A stretch of 64,000 nucleotides of DNA from the NCBI GenBank assembly GCA_002788675.1, contig PFRS01000001.1:106204-170203 (forward strand). The letters run 5' to 3'. The DNA comes from Candidatus Pacebacteria bacterium CG_4_9_14_0_2_um_filter_40_15 (GTDB lineage Bacteria > Patescibacteriota > Microgenomatia > UBA1400 > PJMF01). Each line of letters begins with the position of its first letter. Within the stretch, counting starts at the first letter, position 1. A program made the translations under genes and the position numbers. Below are positions 30,063 to 39,619 of the stretch, one piece after another. The notes beneath the pieces are model-generated. The model made no database searches. It was not told the origin of the DNA and worked only from the letters and a program-made list of their open reading frames with translations.

Positions 30063-30593
30063 TTATAAACTGTTGAGTGTGCGAGCAGCTGTGGCCCACA
30101 TACCTTCATTCATTTGAGAACTTGCTTGCAACACAGCTTCAAGCTTGGCTGCATCGTTCATATGAATGGATTTAAGACTCTCAACACGCTCCCGCATTAA
30201 ATCTGCTTTGAGTCGAACGGCTTTATCAACCATTATTTCTTCAAGATCGGGAATAATTTCCTCAAGATACTCAATTATCTTTTCTTGTGTTTCAATAGAT
30301 AGATTTGCTGTTGAAGGTCCAATAAGCTCAGTAAGTTTTTGGTGTTCAGAATCAAGAATGAGTAAAGACACATCATTTTCGAGAAAATCCTCCCATATAA
30401 CCTGTTGTAGATCATCCAAGAACTGAGATTTTTCTGAGTCTGTCCCATCAGCAACACCTAAAAGAAAGAAAATGTTTTGATCTTCAAGTAATTCATCAGC
30501 TTTAGCTTCTGGTTGTACTGTCTGAGGTGAAGCAACTGGGGCATCACTTGACTGTGCTGGGGGTGTGTAATCGTTAACGTAAGAATCGTTCAT
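30063..30593 (-). CDS. Acidic hypothetical protein
   Basis: A 176 aa D/E-rich ORF. Confidence 0.4.
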   Translation of the reverse strand: MNDSYVNDYTPPAQSSDAPVASPQTVQPEAKADELLEDQNIFFLLGVADGTDSEKSQFLDDLQQVIWEDFLENDVSLLILDSEHQKLTELIGPSTANLSIETQEKIIEYLEEIIPDLEEIMVDKAVRLKADLMRERVESLKSIHMNDAAKLEAVLQASSQMNEGMWATAARTLNSL

Positions 30594-30723
30594 AATGGCA
30601 GGCTAGTATATTATAGATAACTACATACTATAGTATAGCTTTTTTGAACGGAGTGCAAGCGTTTCTCGCACATTTGTGACTCGGCTGATTGCAAATTTGT
30701 ATTTCACAGTCGTATAGTATACT

Positions 30724-32934
30724 GTGATCATGCCTTTTTCAAAGATTACATTTAGTTTTAAAACAGCCTTACTGCTCCTTTTCTACTCACTTTTCTTTTT
30801 TACACCTCTGTATTTCCGCTTCTCAACTGAAGAACTTTTTGAGTTCAACAAAATGATTCTTGTGTACGGATTTACTTTGGTTATCACTACAACCTGGATG
30901 TTAAGAATGATTTTTGAAAAGCGTGTTATTTTAAGTCGTTCTAAATTAGATACACCAATTTTATTATTTGTTTTGGTCCAATTCTTGGCTTCTATTATTT
31001 CAATCCACCCAAGGACTTCCTTCTTGGGTTACTATTCAAGATTTCATGGGGGTTTCCTTTCCACTCTTTCTTATGCTTTTTTATATTATGCGTTTATTAG
31101 CAACATTGAAAAAAAACACCTCAGACAGTTACTGGTGGCCTTCTTTAGTAGTCTCAGTTTAGTCTCTCTCTGGGGAATCTTTGAACACTTTGGTCACTCT
31201 TTGAGTTGTGTTGCTCTAACTGGTTCATTTTCAGTTAATTGCTGGGTGCAAGATGTACAAAATAGAGTCTATGCTTCGTTTGGACAACCAAACTGGATGG
31301 CTGCTTTTATTATTGGTCTTATTCCCGTACTTATTTCTGAAACCATTGCTAAAAAAAGGCACTCAATTGAAAAAGTTTTGTACTTTACTACACTGATACT
31401 TGGGTTGGCAGCTCTCTATTACACAAAATCACGTTCCGGATTTCTTGGACTCGCTGGAGGTCTTACCGTCTTCTACGGAGCGTTGGTAGTTGTCTGGCTG
31501 AGTGCGAAAAAATCTGCAACAAAGTTCTTAGGACACATCCCCGCAATTGCTACCGGAATCGCACTCTTACTCGGTGTATCATTACTTACTGGCACACCTT
31601 ATTCACCATCTCTGAGTGAACTAATCAGCAGCTCTACTCAAACCAATGATGAACCTGCCGCCACAGTGACAGAAACTGATCAAGTTGTAAATCGACTTGA
31701 AATTGGAGGCACAGATTCAGGTGAAATAAGAAAAATTGTCTGGGAAGGCGCTATCGATGTTTGGAAACGCTATCCACTCCTCGGATCAGGAGTTGAGACT
31801 TTTGCCTACAGTTACTATAAAGATAGACCTGCGGCCCACAACCAAGTTTCCGAATGGGATTTTTTATATAACAAAGCTCACAATGAACTCCTTAATTTCT
31901 TAGCAACAACAGGAATTGCTGGCTTACTCACCTACTTAAGTATGTGGGTTGCAGCTGGTGCCCTTGCGTTTTCAGCAGTCTTTCTCCGCAAGGAAACTGA
32001 TTTTGAGGATAAAGTCACACTTATCGGTGTCTCCGCCGGACTCGTAGCTCTCATGATCTCAAATTTCTTCGGTTTTTCTACTGTAACAATTGCTCTACTC
32101 ATGTTTGTGTATTTCGCTTTGATTGCACTTATCACAAACTCTGTTACCGCTACAACAACGATTGCTCAAACAAGCAACAAAAAGAACAAAAAACAGAAAA
32201 CACAAGAACTGCTGGCTTGGCAGTACATGGTGGGTACACTCACGCTGCTCTGTTCAATTTTTCTGCTGACAAAACTGTATACCTACTGGAGTGCCGACGT
32301 TAACTATGCCACAGGAAAAACATATATTAGAAGTGGTAACTATGAAAAAGCAATCCAGTCTTTCCAAACCGCAATATCCAAATCTCCAAAGGAAGCTCTC
32401 TTTTATGACACTTTTTCAGTCGAGCTTGGCAGAATTGCCGTCAGTCTCGCCGAACAACAAGAAGCCACCGCAGCAGCTCAGATAGCGCAAACTGCCATTG
32501 CCTTAAGTGACACTGCACTCTCACTCAACGACGTGCATCTTAACTTCTATAAAACACGCACCCGACTCTTTATCACACTGTCTCAACTCGAACCGCAACT
32601 TCTCTATAACGCTAAAGAAACACTTACAGCTGCTATTGAACGCGCACCAAATGATCCAAAGCTCTTCTATAACCTTGGCGTAGTTGAAACAAGTATTGGT
32701 AACACCGATCAAGGTATCCAACTTCTAGAAACAGCTGTAGCACTCAAACCGAACTATGCAGTTGCTCGCCTCCAGCTTGGACGAGAGTATGCGGAACAAA
32801 ACCGCCTTACTGATGCTCGTGAACAACTCATGTTTATCCTGGATTCCATTGATCCCAAAAATGAAGCTGCTTGGGCAGAATTAGACTCAATTTCTGCCGT
32901 CGAAGCAACTGCTTCTGACAGAAAAAACAAGTAG
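30724..32934 (+). CDS. O-antigen ligase (Wzy_C)-family polytopic membrane protein with C-terminal TPR repeats
   Basis: About 10-12 transmembrane helices, a YNKAHNELLNFLATTGIAGLL motif in the Wzy_C loop and TPR-like repeats after residue 520. Confidence 0.65.
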   Translation: MIMPFSKITFSFKTALLLLFYSLFFFTPLYFRFSTEELFEFNKMILVYGFTLVITTTWMLRMIFEKRVILSRSKLDTPILLFVLVQFLASIISIHPRTSFLGYYSRFHGGFLSTLSYAFLYYAFISNIEKKHLRQLLVAFFSSLSLVSLWGIFEHFGHSLSCVALTGSFSVNCWVQDVQNRVYASFGQPNWMAAFIIGLIPVLISETIAKKRHSIEKVLYFTTLILGLAALYYTKSRSGFLGLAGGLTVFYGALVVVWLSAKKSATKFLGHIPAIATGIALLLGVSLLTGTPYSPSLSELISSSTQTNDEPAATVTETDQVVNRLEIGGTDSGEIRKIVWEGAIDVWKRYPLLGSGVETFAYSYYKDRPAAHNQVSEWDFLYNKAHNELLNFLATTGIAGLLTYLSMWVAAGALAFSAVFLRKETDFEDKVTLIGVSAGLVALMISNFFGFSTVTIALLMFVYFALIALITNSVTATTTIAQTSNKKNKKQKTQELLAWQYMVGTLTLLCSIFLLTKLYTYWSADVNYATGKTYIRSGNYEKAIQSFQTAISKSPKEALFYDTFSVELGRIAVSLAEQQEATAAAQIAQTAIALSDTALSLNDVHLNFYKTRTRLFITLSQLEPQLLYNAKETLTAAIERAPNDPKLFYNLGVVETSIGNTDQGIQLLETAVALKPNYAVARLQLGREYAEQNRLTDAREQLMFILDSIDPKNEAAWAELDSISAVEATASDRKNK

Positions 32935-32994
32935 CGGCATCACAACTTGAAAAAAACGCATCTATAGGAGAAAATACTGCATTCAAAGAATATT

Positions 32995-33561
32995 ATGAAA
33001 ATCGTCACTATACCCCACGAATCCCTCCGAGCTGAAGCTGAGCTTGTTACTGCAGTTGACAAAAAAATTCTCAATTTTATTCAAGAACTAGAGAAAACTT
33101 TAAAAAATAAACAAAATCCACAAGGTGTTGGTCTAGCTGCTCCACAGGTTGATAAAAACTGGGCCATTTTTACCACTCTCCTTGAGAATGATCAAGGTGC
33201 TCTGATTCAAAGAGTCTTTATTAATCCGCAACTTTCTGATGCTTCGGACGATCTTATTCTTGGTCCAAATGACGATGAAACACAGCTTGAAGGTTGCCTT
33301 TCTATGCCAGGACTGTATGGTCCAGTGTTCAGACATGAGTGGGCAAAGTTTCGCTTTCACGCCATTGAAGGAACTGAATTGGTTGAAAAAGAAGAAGTCT
33401 TTACTGACTTTGCAGCACGAGTAATGCAACATGAAATTGATCATCTCCATGGAATACTCTTCACTGATAGAGCTCTAGAAGATAACTTGCCAGTATACAA
33501 AGAAAGTAAGATTACAAAAAAACTTGAAGAAGTTGATCCCGAACTCCTCTCTTTTTTCTAA
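32995..33561 (+). CDS. def: Peptide deformylase
   Basis: Motifs GVGLAAPQV, EGCLS and HEIDHLHG. Confidence 0.9.
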   Translation: MKIVTIPHESLRAEAELVTAVDKKILNFIQELEKTLKNKQNPQGVGLAAPQVDKNWAIFTTLLENDQGALIQRVFINPQLSDASDDLILGPNDDETQLEGCLSMPGLYGPVFRHEWAKFRFHAIEGTELVEKEEVFTDFAARVMQHEIDHLHGILFTDRALEDNLPVYKESKITKKLEEVDPELLSFF

Positions 33562-33588
33562 GAAGAACTGCTTATCGGAAACAATCAC

Positions 33589-34566
33589 ATGAATACACTT
33601 AAAATAGCTCTCGCGGGAACAACACACAGAACCGCCCAATGCGCAGAAGCACTGCAGGCTTCTAGTGATTTTTCTATTGCTTGGGTCCTAACGCCAGAGC
33701 CAAAACCAATTGGTCGAAAAAAAATCATTACTGCCAATCCTATGCAACTCTTCGCCGAGTCAAACGCTATTCCTATTGTTACCATAAAAAATAAAATATC
33801 TTCGAAAATAAAAGAATCAGTACTTGATTTTGGAAATATTGACCTCCTTCTTGTAGTTGATTTTGGCTATATTGTTCCTGAATGGTTACTTGATCTACCA
33901 AGCATCGCTCCCATTAATATTCATCCATCCGAGTTACCTAAATGGAGAGGTAGTTCGCCTGGACAATTTGTACTGCTTCATGGAGAAAAATCTTCAGCGA
34001 TCACCTTGATAAAAATGAACTCTAAACTCGATCAGGGGCCTATTCTTGCAGCTATTCCATTTACCGTCGATCCATCTTGGACTGCAGAAGACTACTACTC
34101 CCACAGTTTTGACTTGCTCTGCCCGCAGCTAGCATCACTCATTATGAAATATACAAATGATCGTTTCGAGACTGAGCAACCGCAACTCTCCCCAACACCT
34201 ACTGCCGAAAAAATTGCTAAAAATGACGCGTTTATCCCCTGGGAATTAATTCTCAAAGCCACAAAGAATCCCAACATGATGCTAAGCGAAACAGAAAATG
34301 CAGTACTTTCCCCAATACTTTCTAAAGCAACCAAGGCTCATCAAACCTTTGCGGCACTAGTTGCAGCTGCCACTCGAGCCTTCTCACCTTGGCCAAAAGT
34401 GTGGACTCGTATTCCAACAAAACAGGGAGAGAAACGAATGCAGTTACATTCTGTCTGGATAGATACCACGGCAAATGGGGACATTCTTTCATTAGGGGTG
34501 GTGCAAATTGAAGGGCAATCCCCTGCACAGTTTAACCAAATACGTACGAGCATACTCAACCAGTAG
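33589..34566 (+). CDS. fmt: Methionyl-tRNA formyltransferase
   Basis: A formyltransferase N-domain with HPSELPKWRGSSP and an Fmt C-terminal domain, placed directly after def. Confidence 0.8.
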   Translation: MNTLKIALAGTTHRTAQCAEALQASSDFSIAWVLTPEPKPIGRKKIITANPMQLFAESNAIPIVTIKNKISSKIKESVLDFGNIDLLLVVDFGYIVPEWLLDLPSIAPINIHPSELPKWRGSSPGQFVLLHGEKSSAITLIKMNSKLDQGPILAAIPFTVDPSWTAEDYYSHSFDLLCPQLASLIMKYTNDRFETEQPQLSPTPTAEKIAKNDAFIPWELILKATKNPNMMLSETENAVLSPILSKATKAHQTFAALVAAATRAFSPWPKVWTRIPTKQGEKRMQLHSVWIDTTANGDILSLGVVQIEGQSPAQFNQIRTSILNQ

Positions 34567-34687
34567 TTACTGACACAACTCATTAATATCTTTCAAAAGA
34601 GAGTCTTAAAATCCCAAAAAACCCGATCAATTCGGGCTTTCTAGATTTATAGATCAGTACAATACTGCAAAGAAAATAAAGCGAAGA

Positions 34688-34906
34688 CTATTTAGTCTCT
34701 TCTTTTTTCCAATGCGTGGTCAATCCTGATTTCTTAAGCATACGAAGCACCTTTGTAGGTACACGTAGTCGTTGCTTAATACCATCAGTAACAACCGTCA
34801 CAGTGTGAAGGTTATACTTAAAGGTTCTCTTGCTTCTATTCTTAGCATGAGATACTTTATTACCGATATGTGCTGTTCTTGGGTATTTGAACGTAAAACT
34901 TGACAT
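34688..34906 (-). CDS. rpmB: 50S ribosomal protein L28
   Basis: GNKVSHAKNRSKRTFKYNLH and RLRVPTKVLRML match the L28 pattern. Confidence 0.7.
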   Translation of the reverse strand: MSSFTFKYPRTAHIGNKVSHAKNRSKRTFKYNLHTVTVVTDGIKQRLRVPTKVLRMLKKSGLTTHWKKEETK

Positions 34907-35083
34907 AATAGACTGTGATTATATCACTCAACATCAGTATTTCCAAAGGGGAAAAAGAGGGCATGTATTTAAGATACTTATTTTCCCCTCAAAAATAATT
35001 GCTTCGTGACATCATTTTTTGATCTTCCAGGCTACATTAGCCCTATGATGCTAGTATGCTCGTTGGTATAATGCAGACTAAAT

Positions 35084-35713
35084 ATGCTACTAACATTACT
35101 CTTTGAAAGTCCCCTCCTTTTTGTTCTCGCCGCAGGTGGTCTAATCATCGCCCTGACTATTCATGAATTTGCGCATGCCTTTATAGCAGATAAACTTGGC
35201 GATCCTACACCAACCTATCAAGGACGTGTCACACTCAATCCATTAGCACATCTGGATCCACTTGGAACACTCGCTATTTTGGTTGTTGGCTTTGGCTGGG
35301 GAAAGCCAGTGCAATTTGATCCGTTTAACCTCAAGGATCCTAAACGTGACACTGCGCTGATTGCTCTAGCTGGCCCTGCCAGTAACATTTTGCTCGCCAT
35401 TGCCCTAGCAGTTGTGTACCATTTGCTTCCAGGCACGACATTCTTTTTGGGAATTGTTGCCCCGGTACTTCAATACATTATTTCAATTAACGTAATGTTA
35501 GCAATTTTTAATCTGGTGCCAGTGTATCCACTAGATGGTTCAAAAATATTCCAGGCACTCTTACCTGCTGAAAACGCCCTCGCCTACGAACAATTTATGC
35601 AGCGATATGGTTCAATTGTCTTGCTTATGCTGATTGTGCCTTGGTCTGGAAGTTCCCCTGTGCAGGCGTTAATTAGCCCAATTATTTCATTTGTGGTAAA
35701 TCTGCTCGTCTAA
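35084..35713 (+). CDS. Site-2 protease family (M50) zinc metalloprotease
   Basis: HEFAHA, an HExxH motif located in a transmembrane helix, and the NLVPVYPLDGSKI motif. Confidence 0.8.
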   Translation: MLLTLLFESPLLFVLAAGGLIIALTIHEFAHAFIADKLGDPTPTYQGRVTLNPLAHLDPLGTLAILVVGFGWGKPVQFDPFNLKDPKRDTALIALAGPASNILLAIALAVVYHLLPGTTFFLGIVAPVLQYIISINVMLAIFNLVPVYPLDGSKIFQALLPAENALAYEQFMQRYGSIVLLMLIVPWSGSSPVQALISPIISFVVNLLV

Positions 35714-35720
35714 TCTTAGA

Positions 35721-36359
35721 TTAAGATAGATACGCAACTATTTCTTCAAGTGAGTGAATGATTTTCACTCCTTCAGTGACTGTTTCCTCTGTTTGTCTGT
35801 TAATCATTAAGGGCGTAATAACTTCTGGTAAGCCGGTTAGGTACTCAAGTTTGTCATCTACTATAATTGCTTCAAACTCTAATTTTGAAAGCACTTCTGG
35901 AGTCTTCTTTCTTCGAGAAATATGGATATGTTCAGGTTCAAAATACTCCAAAATATCAGTAAAAACGAGCTTATTTCTCTGAAAATCTTCAAAACCTTCA
36001 GAATACACACCCATGGGAATACCTCGAAGTTTGAGTTCGGAGAAAATTGGTACTACATCTGGATAGAGCATGTCGGTGTAGAGTGCTGGATTCTCAAAAA
36101 GCGTAATTAGCTGTGCTACGGTCACCTGATTTGATGAAGTAACTTTTTCCGCTAAAAAAGCAACATACTCTTGATACTTAAAATCAGTTCCTTTTGTCAA
36201 ACCAGTGAAGTACTGCTTCTCTATTTTTGTAATTACTTCAACAGGAACAGCTAACAATTCACTCAGCGCGGGATCAATACGAGTTTTCTTGAACAAATCT
36301 GTGGTAAATACGGTAGAATCAATATCGAAGTAAACTATCATATACCTATTGTACCTCAT
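35721..36359 (-). CDS. HAD-superfamily hydrolase
   Basis: An N-terminal IVYFDIDSTVF DxD-type motif and a C-terminal IIVDDK motif. Confidence 0.55.
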   Translation of the reverse strand: MRYNRYMIVYFDIDSTVFTTDLFKKTRIDPALSELLAVPVEVITKIEKQYFTGLTKGTDFKYQEYVAFLAEKVTSSNQVTVAQLITLFENPALYTDMLYPDVVPIFSELKLRGIPMGVYSEGFEDFQRNKLVFTDILEYFEPEHIHISRRKKTPEVLSKLEFEAIIVDDKLEYLTGLPEVITPLMINRQTEETVTEGVKIIHSLEEIVAYLS

Positions 36360-37005
36360 GACTCAAAAACATCCCAAAGTAGTTGCACTTACCCTTGGTG
36401 AACTTGATACCAATTGCTATATAGCCTGGTGCCCTGACACGCTTGAAGCCGTTATAATTGATCCTGCTGATGCTGGGGATTTTATATCTGAAGAAATTCT
36501 GCGGCGCAAACTACAGCCGACGGCAACACTTCTAACGCACGGCCACTTCGACCACGTACTTGGCGTGCTAGAGTTACGCTTAAACTTTGATGATATGCCT
36601 ATTTTTATGCACCAAAAGGATCTCTTCTTGATTACACAGGCGCAAAAAAGTGCTGAACACTGGTTAAAACGAACCGTTGATCCGGTGCCAAAGCCAACAA
36701 ACTACCTCAAGGCAGGCTCAGTCTTCTCATTTGGAAACTGCACGCTTACTACTATTGAAACACCTGGCCATACGCCAGGTAGTGTCTGTTTTGTATCTGA
36801 GGTTTCAGATGGCGACATCCATATTTTTTGTGGAGATACAATTTTTAAGGCAGGAGTTGGGCGAACTGATTTCTCTTACTCGAGCGCAGTGAACCTTGAA
36901 AAGTCATTGGCAGCTCTCATGCAGTATGCTCCTACTACTTTGCTGTATCCTGGGCATGGTGAAACTACCACCGTTGCTGCAGAGCGAATCAATTTGGGAT
37001 TTTAA
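36349..37005 (+). CDS. MBL-fold metallo-hydrolase (glyoxalase II-like)
   Basis: THGHFDHVLG, which is the HxHxDH motif, plus GHTPGS. Confidence 0.75.
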   Translation: MYLMTQKHPKVVALTLGELDTNCYIAWCPDTLEAVIIDPADAGDFISEEILRRKLQPTATLLTHGHFDHVLGVLELRLNFDDMPIFMHQKDLFLITQAQKSAEHWLKRTVDPVPKPTNYLKAGSVFSFGNCTLTTIETPGHTPGSVCFVSEVSDGDIHIFCGDTIFKAGVGRTDFSYSSAVNLEKSLAALMQYAPTTLLYPGHGETTTVAAERINLGF

Positions 37006-37280
37006 AGTCCCAAAACATATACCTTTTATTGCATTTTTTTCTGAATAAAACACGAAATAATACACTATTATTAGGTCGTTGCCAAGCAAAAAACAACTAA
37101 TAAAATCACTATTGGTGGAATATATTAGCACATATTTTGATACATTAGCTTAGATATTTATATTTATAAATCAATTTAAAATGCAGATATTGAACAATTT
37201 TGCTATCCAATACAATCTGTTGAAATACACTTGGCTAAAACCGAATAAAACACAAACGCATGTCTAACAACTAAACTAGC

Positions 37281-37311
37281 AAAAAGCCGAGAGGAATGCT
37301 CTCGGCTTTTC
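37281..37311. terminator. Bidirectional intrinsic terminator
   Basis: A hairpin, gccgaga-ggaatgc-tctcggc, flanked by an A-run and a T-run. Confidence 0.55.
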
Positions 37312-37339
37312 ATAGATATTCTTTTGTTACCTACTGGTT

Positions 37340-37906
37340 TTATCCAGTAGGCGTGCTGCTTTTTTTGCGCCGGTCATTGATGAATCGTCTCCCCCAAGGA
37401 CTCAACGCAAAGGATATCGCCATCAAGACCACCAGAGAGCCTATCACAACTCCCAGATGTATGCTCTGCCCTGATTGTTGTGCTGATACTGTTCCCAGTG
37501 AAACAGCAGTTGGCGCACACTGCCACTCACCATTTGAACTGGTAACCTGTTGTGGCAGGTTCTCGATCGGATACGCTGCATCGATAACCCACCCTGAGGT
37601 AACCATATACGGCACGGTAATTGTGATCGGCAATGTGGCCGTGAAATGGGCTGTCGGCCCAGTCCACCGGTCCCAGTTAACAACAACTGTCTGAGTTGTG
37701 CCAGAAAAAGAAATCTCCATCTCCCCAACAGCGTTTTCTGCAATTTGAGGAGCATTCGGCATAACTATTTCAGCCACTAAAGGCGGTTGCCCGTCTGTGT
37801 CACAAATGTGCGACAGCCGAGCCCCAGCCGGTGTGTCAGCGAACACACTTCCTACTGTACTCAATAAAAAAATCAAAATAAACGAAACTCTTACAGCTAC
37901 TTTCAT
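37340..37906 (-). CDS. Secreted/cell-surface hypothetical protein with a C-terminal membrane anchor
   Basis: An N-terminal signal peptide, with a C-terminal hydrophobic segment followed by RRFINDRRKK. Confidence 0.45.
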   Translation of the reverse strand: MKVAVRVSFILIFLLSTVGSVFADTPAGARLSHICDTDGQPPLVAEIVMPNAPQIAENAVGEMEISFSGTTQTVVVNWDRWTGPTAHFTATLPITITVPYMVTSGWVIDAAYPIENLPQQVTSSNGEWQCAPTAVSLGTVSAQQSGQSIHLGVVIGSLVVLMAISFALSPWGRRFINDRRKKSSTPTG

Positions 37907-38209
37907 GGTGGTATTTCTCCCAATGTTTGGATTACTCCCAGCCGGATTGCTGGAAGGGGCACGCGCATCAATGTAAGTAATTCGCGTGCGCCTTCCAGCA
38001 AAAAATATCTATGTTAATGAACTGTGCACGAGTTCCGAGCGCTACTGCTCTTCTTCAGGCACAATAAGAGAGATAGTATATAAGTAATACATCTATAAAT
38101 CAATCTAATATATCAATATTTTTTTGAAGTATACCTGAATCGCGAGAGATATCTCTACTCGGCAAAATGCATCACAAATGGTACAATTCGATAGTTAAAA
38201 CATAAAAGT

Positions 38210-38281
38210 AGGGCCGTAGTTCAGCGGTAGAATAGAGGTCTCCAAAACCTTTGACGGGGGTTCGATTCCCTTCGGCCCTGC
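38210..38281 (+). tRNA. trnW: tRNA-Trp (anticodon CCA)
   Basis: A cloverleaf with a perfect 7 bp acceptor stem, agggccg/cggccct, an anticodon loop ctCCAaa and a T-loop ttcgatt. Confidence 0.85.
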
Positions 38282-38333
38282 AGAATCCCATAGTATTCAT
38301 ACTATCTCCCTTTTCATATGATAAAATCAATAT

Positions 38334-38753
38334 ATGCAAAAAAAAGTAGATAAAGAATATTTAAATATTAGCTTTGTTGTTATTATTTTGGGCACACTTC
38401 TTCTGGGTGGTTACTATTTTAATAGCAAAAAGGTTGCGAGAATTATAAAAAACCCTGAAACAAAGATTTCTGACACAGAGTGGATATTCAATGAACCTAA
38501 AAATCTAGCAGTCTTTACAACGAAATCAATATTGAATTCTAAAGAAGACATTTTGTATGTAACACATGATTTTGATGATGGAGCTTGGCAATTTTTGCCT
38601 GGCTCTGTTGTTTCCACTGATGACAGCGCCATTATATCTTTAGAGGAGGCCGTAGCAATAGATCCAAGTATTCAAGAGCTGAATTTACTTCCTTTAGGTT
38701 CTAGTGCTCGAAGAGAATCAATCAATTCAAATTGGATCCTGTCTAACAACTAA
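38334..38753 (+). CDS. Hypothetical membrane-anchored protein (island cargo)
   Basis: A 139 aa ORF with an N-terminal transmembrane segment. Confidence 0.45.
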   Translation: MQKKVDKEYLNISFVVIILGTLLLGGYYFNSKKVARIIKNPETKISDTEWIFNEPKNLAVFTTKSILNSKEDILYVTHDFDDGAWQFLPGSVVSTDDSAIISLEEAVAIDPSIQELNLLPLGSSARRESINSNWILSNN

Positions 38754-38771
38754 AGCGTCAATTTCTTAGGC

Positions 38772-38806
38772 AGAAATAGGTTCTAACATCGTTCACTAGT
38801 CCCTGC
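38772..38806 (+). repeat. Island direct repeat, copy A (AAATAGGTTCTAACATCGTTCACTAGTCCCTGCAA)
   Basis: A near-identical roughly 33-35 bp sequence recurs after successive island genes. Its GGTTC...TTC...CCCTGCA core resembles the tRNA-Trp T-arm/acceptor 3' half. Confidence 0.7.
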
Positions 38807-38870
38807 AAAGTACACAACATAGCCTTCATTATCACTTGATAAATACTTTATTTAGCCTTATAATAACCTC

Positions 38871-39131
38871 ATGCAAACACAAACTACTCAAATTAGAGTC
38901 ACACTACCAGTGCAACTTCAAGGTTATTTACAGGCAAAAGCTAATAAATATGGACTTAGTCTGTCGGCCTACATCAGAAATTTAGTAATTAATGATGTTC
39001 AAGACGTTGAGCACCCTGTTTTTGAAATGTCTACTCAATCAGTTAATGATCTTCAGGAGGCTATTGCAGCCGAAAAAGCTGGAAAATTAGTTAGTACTGA
39101 TAATGTCAATCAGTTGCTCCAAGATTTGTAG
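38871..39131 (+). CDS. Ribbon-helix-helix antitoxin (RelB/ParD/CopG-like)
   Basis: An N-terminal RHH motif, IRVTLPVQLQGYLQAKANKYGLSLSAYIRNLV, in an 86 aa protein that sits 2 nt upstream of the toxin gene. Confidence 0.6.
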   Translation: MQTQTTQIRVTLPVQLQGYLQAKANKYGLSLSAYIRNLVINDVQDVEHPVFEMSTQSVNDLQEAIAAEKAGKLVSTDNVNQLLQDL

Positions 39132-39133
39132 CC

Positions 39134-39412
39134 ATGGAAATTTCGTTTTCCCCTAAATGTTTAAACCAATTGCAAAAGCTCAAGAAAGTAGATATCAAAT
39201 TGTTTACAAAAATCCAAAAGAAGTTAGCATTATTTGAGCAGAAATCAAATCATCCTTCATTACGGCTTCATAAGTTGAGCGGAGGACAAAGAGAAACCTG
39301 GAGTGTTTCTGTGGATATGTCATACCGACTACTCTTTTACTATAAACAAGATAAGAACCAGATGCAGGTTGTTTTTTTTAGTTTTGGAACTCATGATCAA
39401 GTGTATAAATAG
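39134..39412 (+). CDS. RelE/ParE-superfamily type II toxin
   Basis: A 92 aa protein whose HKLSGGQRETWSVSVDMSYRLLFYYKQDKNQMQVVFFSFGTHDQVY region matches the RelE/ParE core pattern (L.G....W..R....YR..Y.......i.vl.ig.H..Y). Confidence 0.65.
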   Translation: MEISFSPKCLNQLQKLKKVDIKLFTKIQKKLALFEQKSNHPSLRLHKLSGGQRETWSVSVDMSYRLLFYYKQDKNQMQVVFFSFGTHDQVYK

Positions 39413-39441
39413 GTTCTAACATCCTTCACTAGTCCCTGCAA
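39407..39441 (+). repeat. Island direct repeat, copy B
   Basis: taAATAGGTTCTAACATCCTTCACTAGTCCCTGCAA. The TAG inside the repeat is the toxin gene stop codon. Confidence 0.7.
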
Positions 39442-39446
39442 GATAG

Positions 39447-39474
39447 AAAACAACTCATTTGAGTTGTTTTTTTA
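39447..39474 (+). terminator. Intrinsic terminator after the toxin-antitoxin module
   Basis: A hairpin aacaactca-ttt-gagttgtt followed by ttttttt. Confidence 0.6.
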
Positions 39475-39584
39475 TCTTGAAGAATCGAGAGCGCATAACC
39501 CATGGTTCGCAATGCGAGTTATAAATAGTTCTTCCTCCAGTACGAGCATCTCACAGCACGCTCATCACAGATGAGTGTGCGAGA

Positions 39585-39603
39585 AGTCCCTCCGGCCCTG
39601 CAA
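39585..39603 (+). repeat. Near-exact copy of the tRNA-Trp 3' end (att-like core)
   Basis: AGTCCCTCCGGCCCTGCAA here matches the tRNA ATTCCCTTCGGCCCTGCAG at 16 of 18 positions. Confidence 0.6.
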
Positions 39604-39619
39604 AATATAAACTTCTGTA

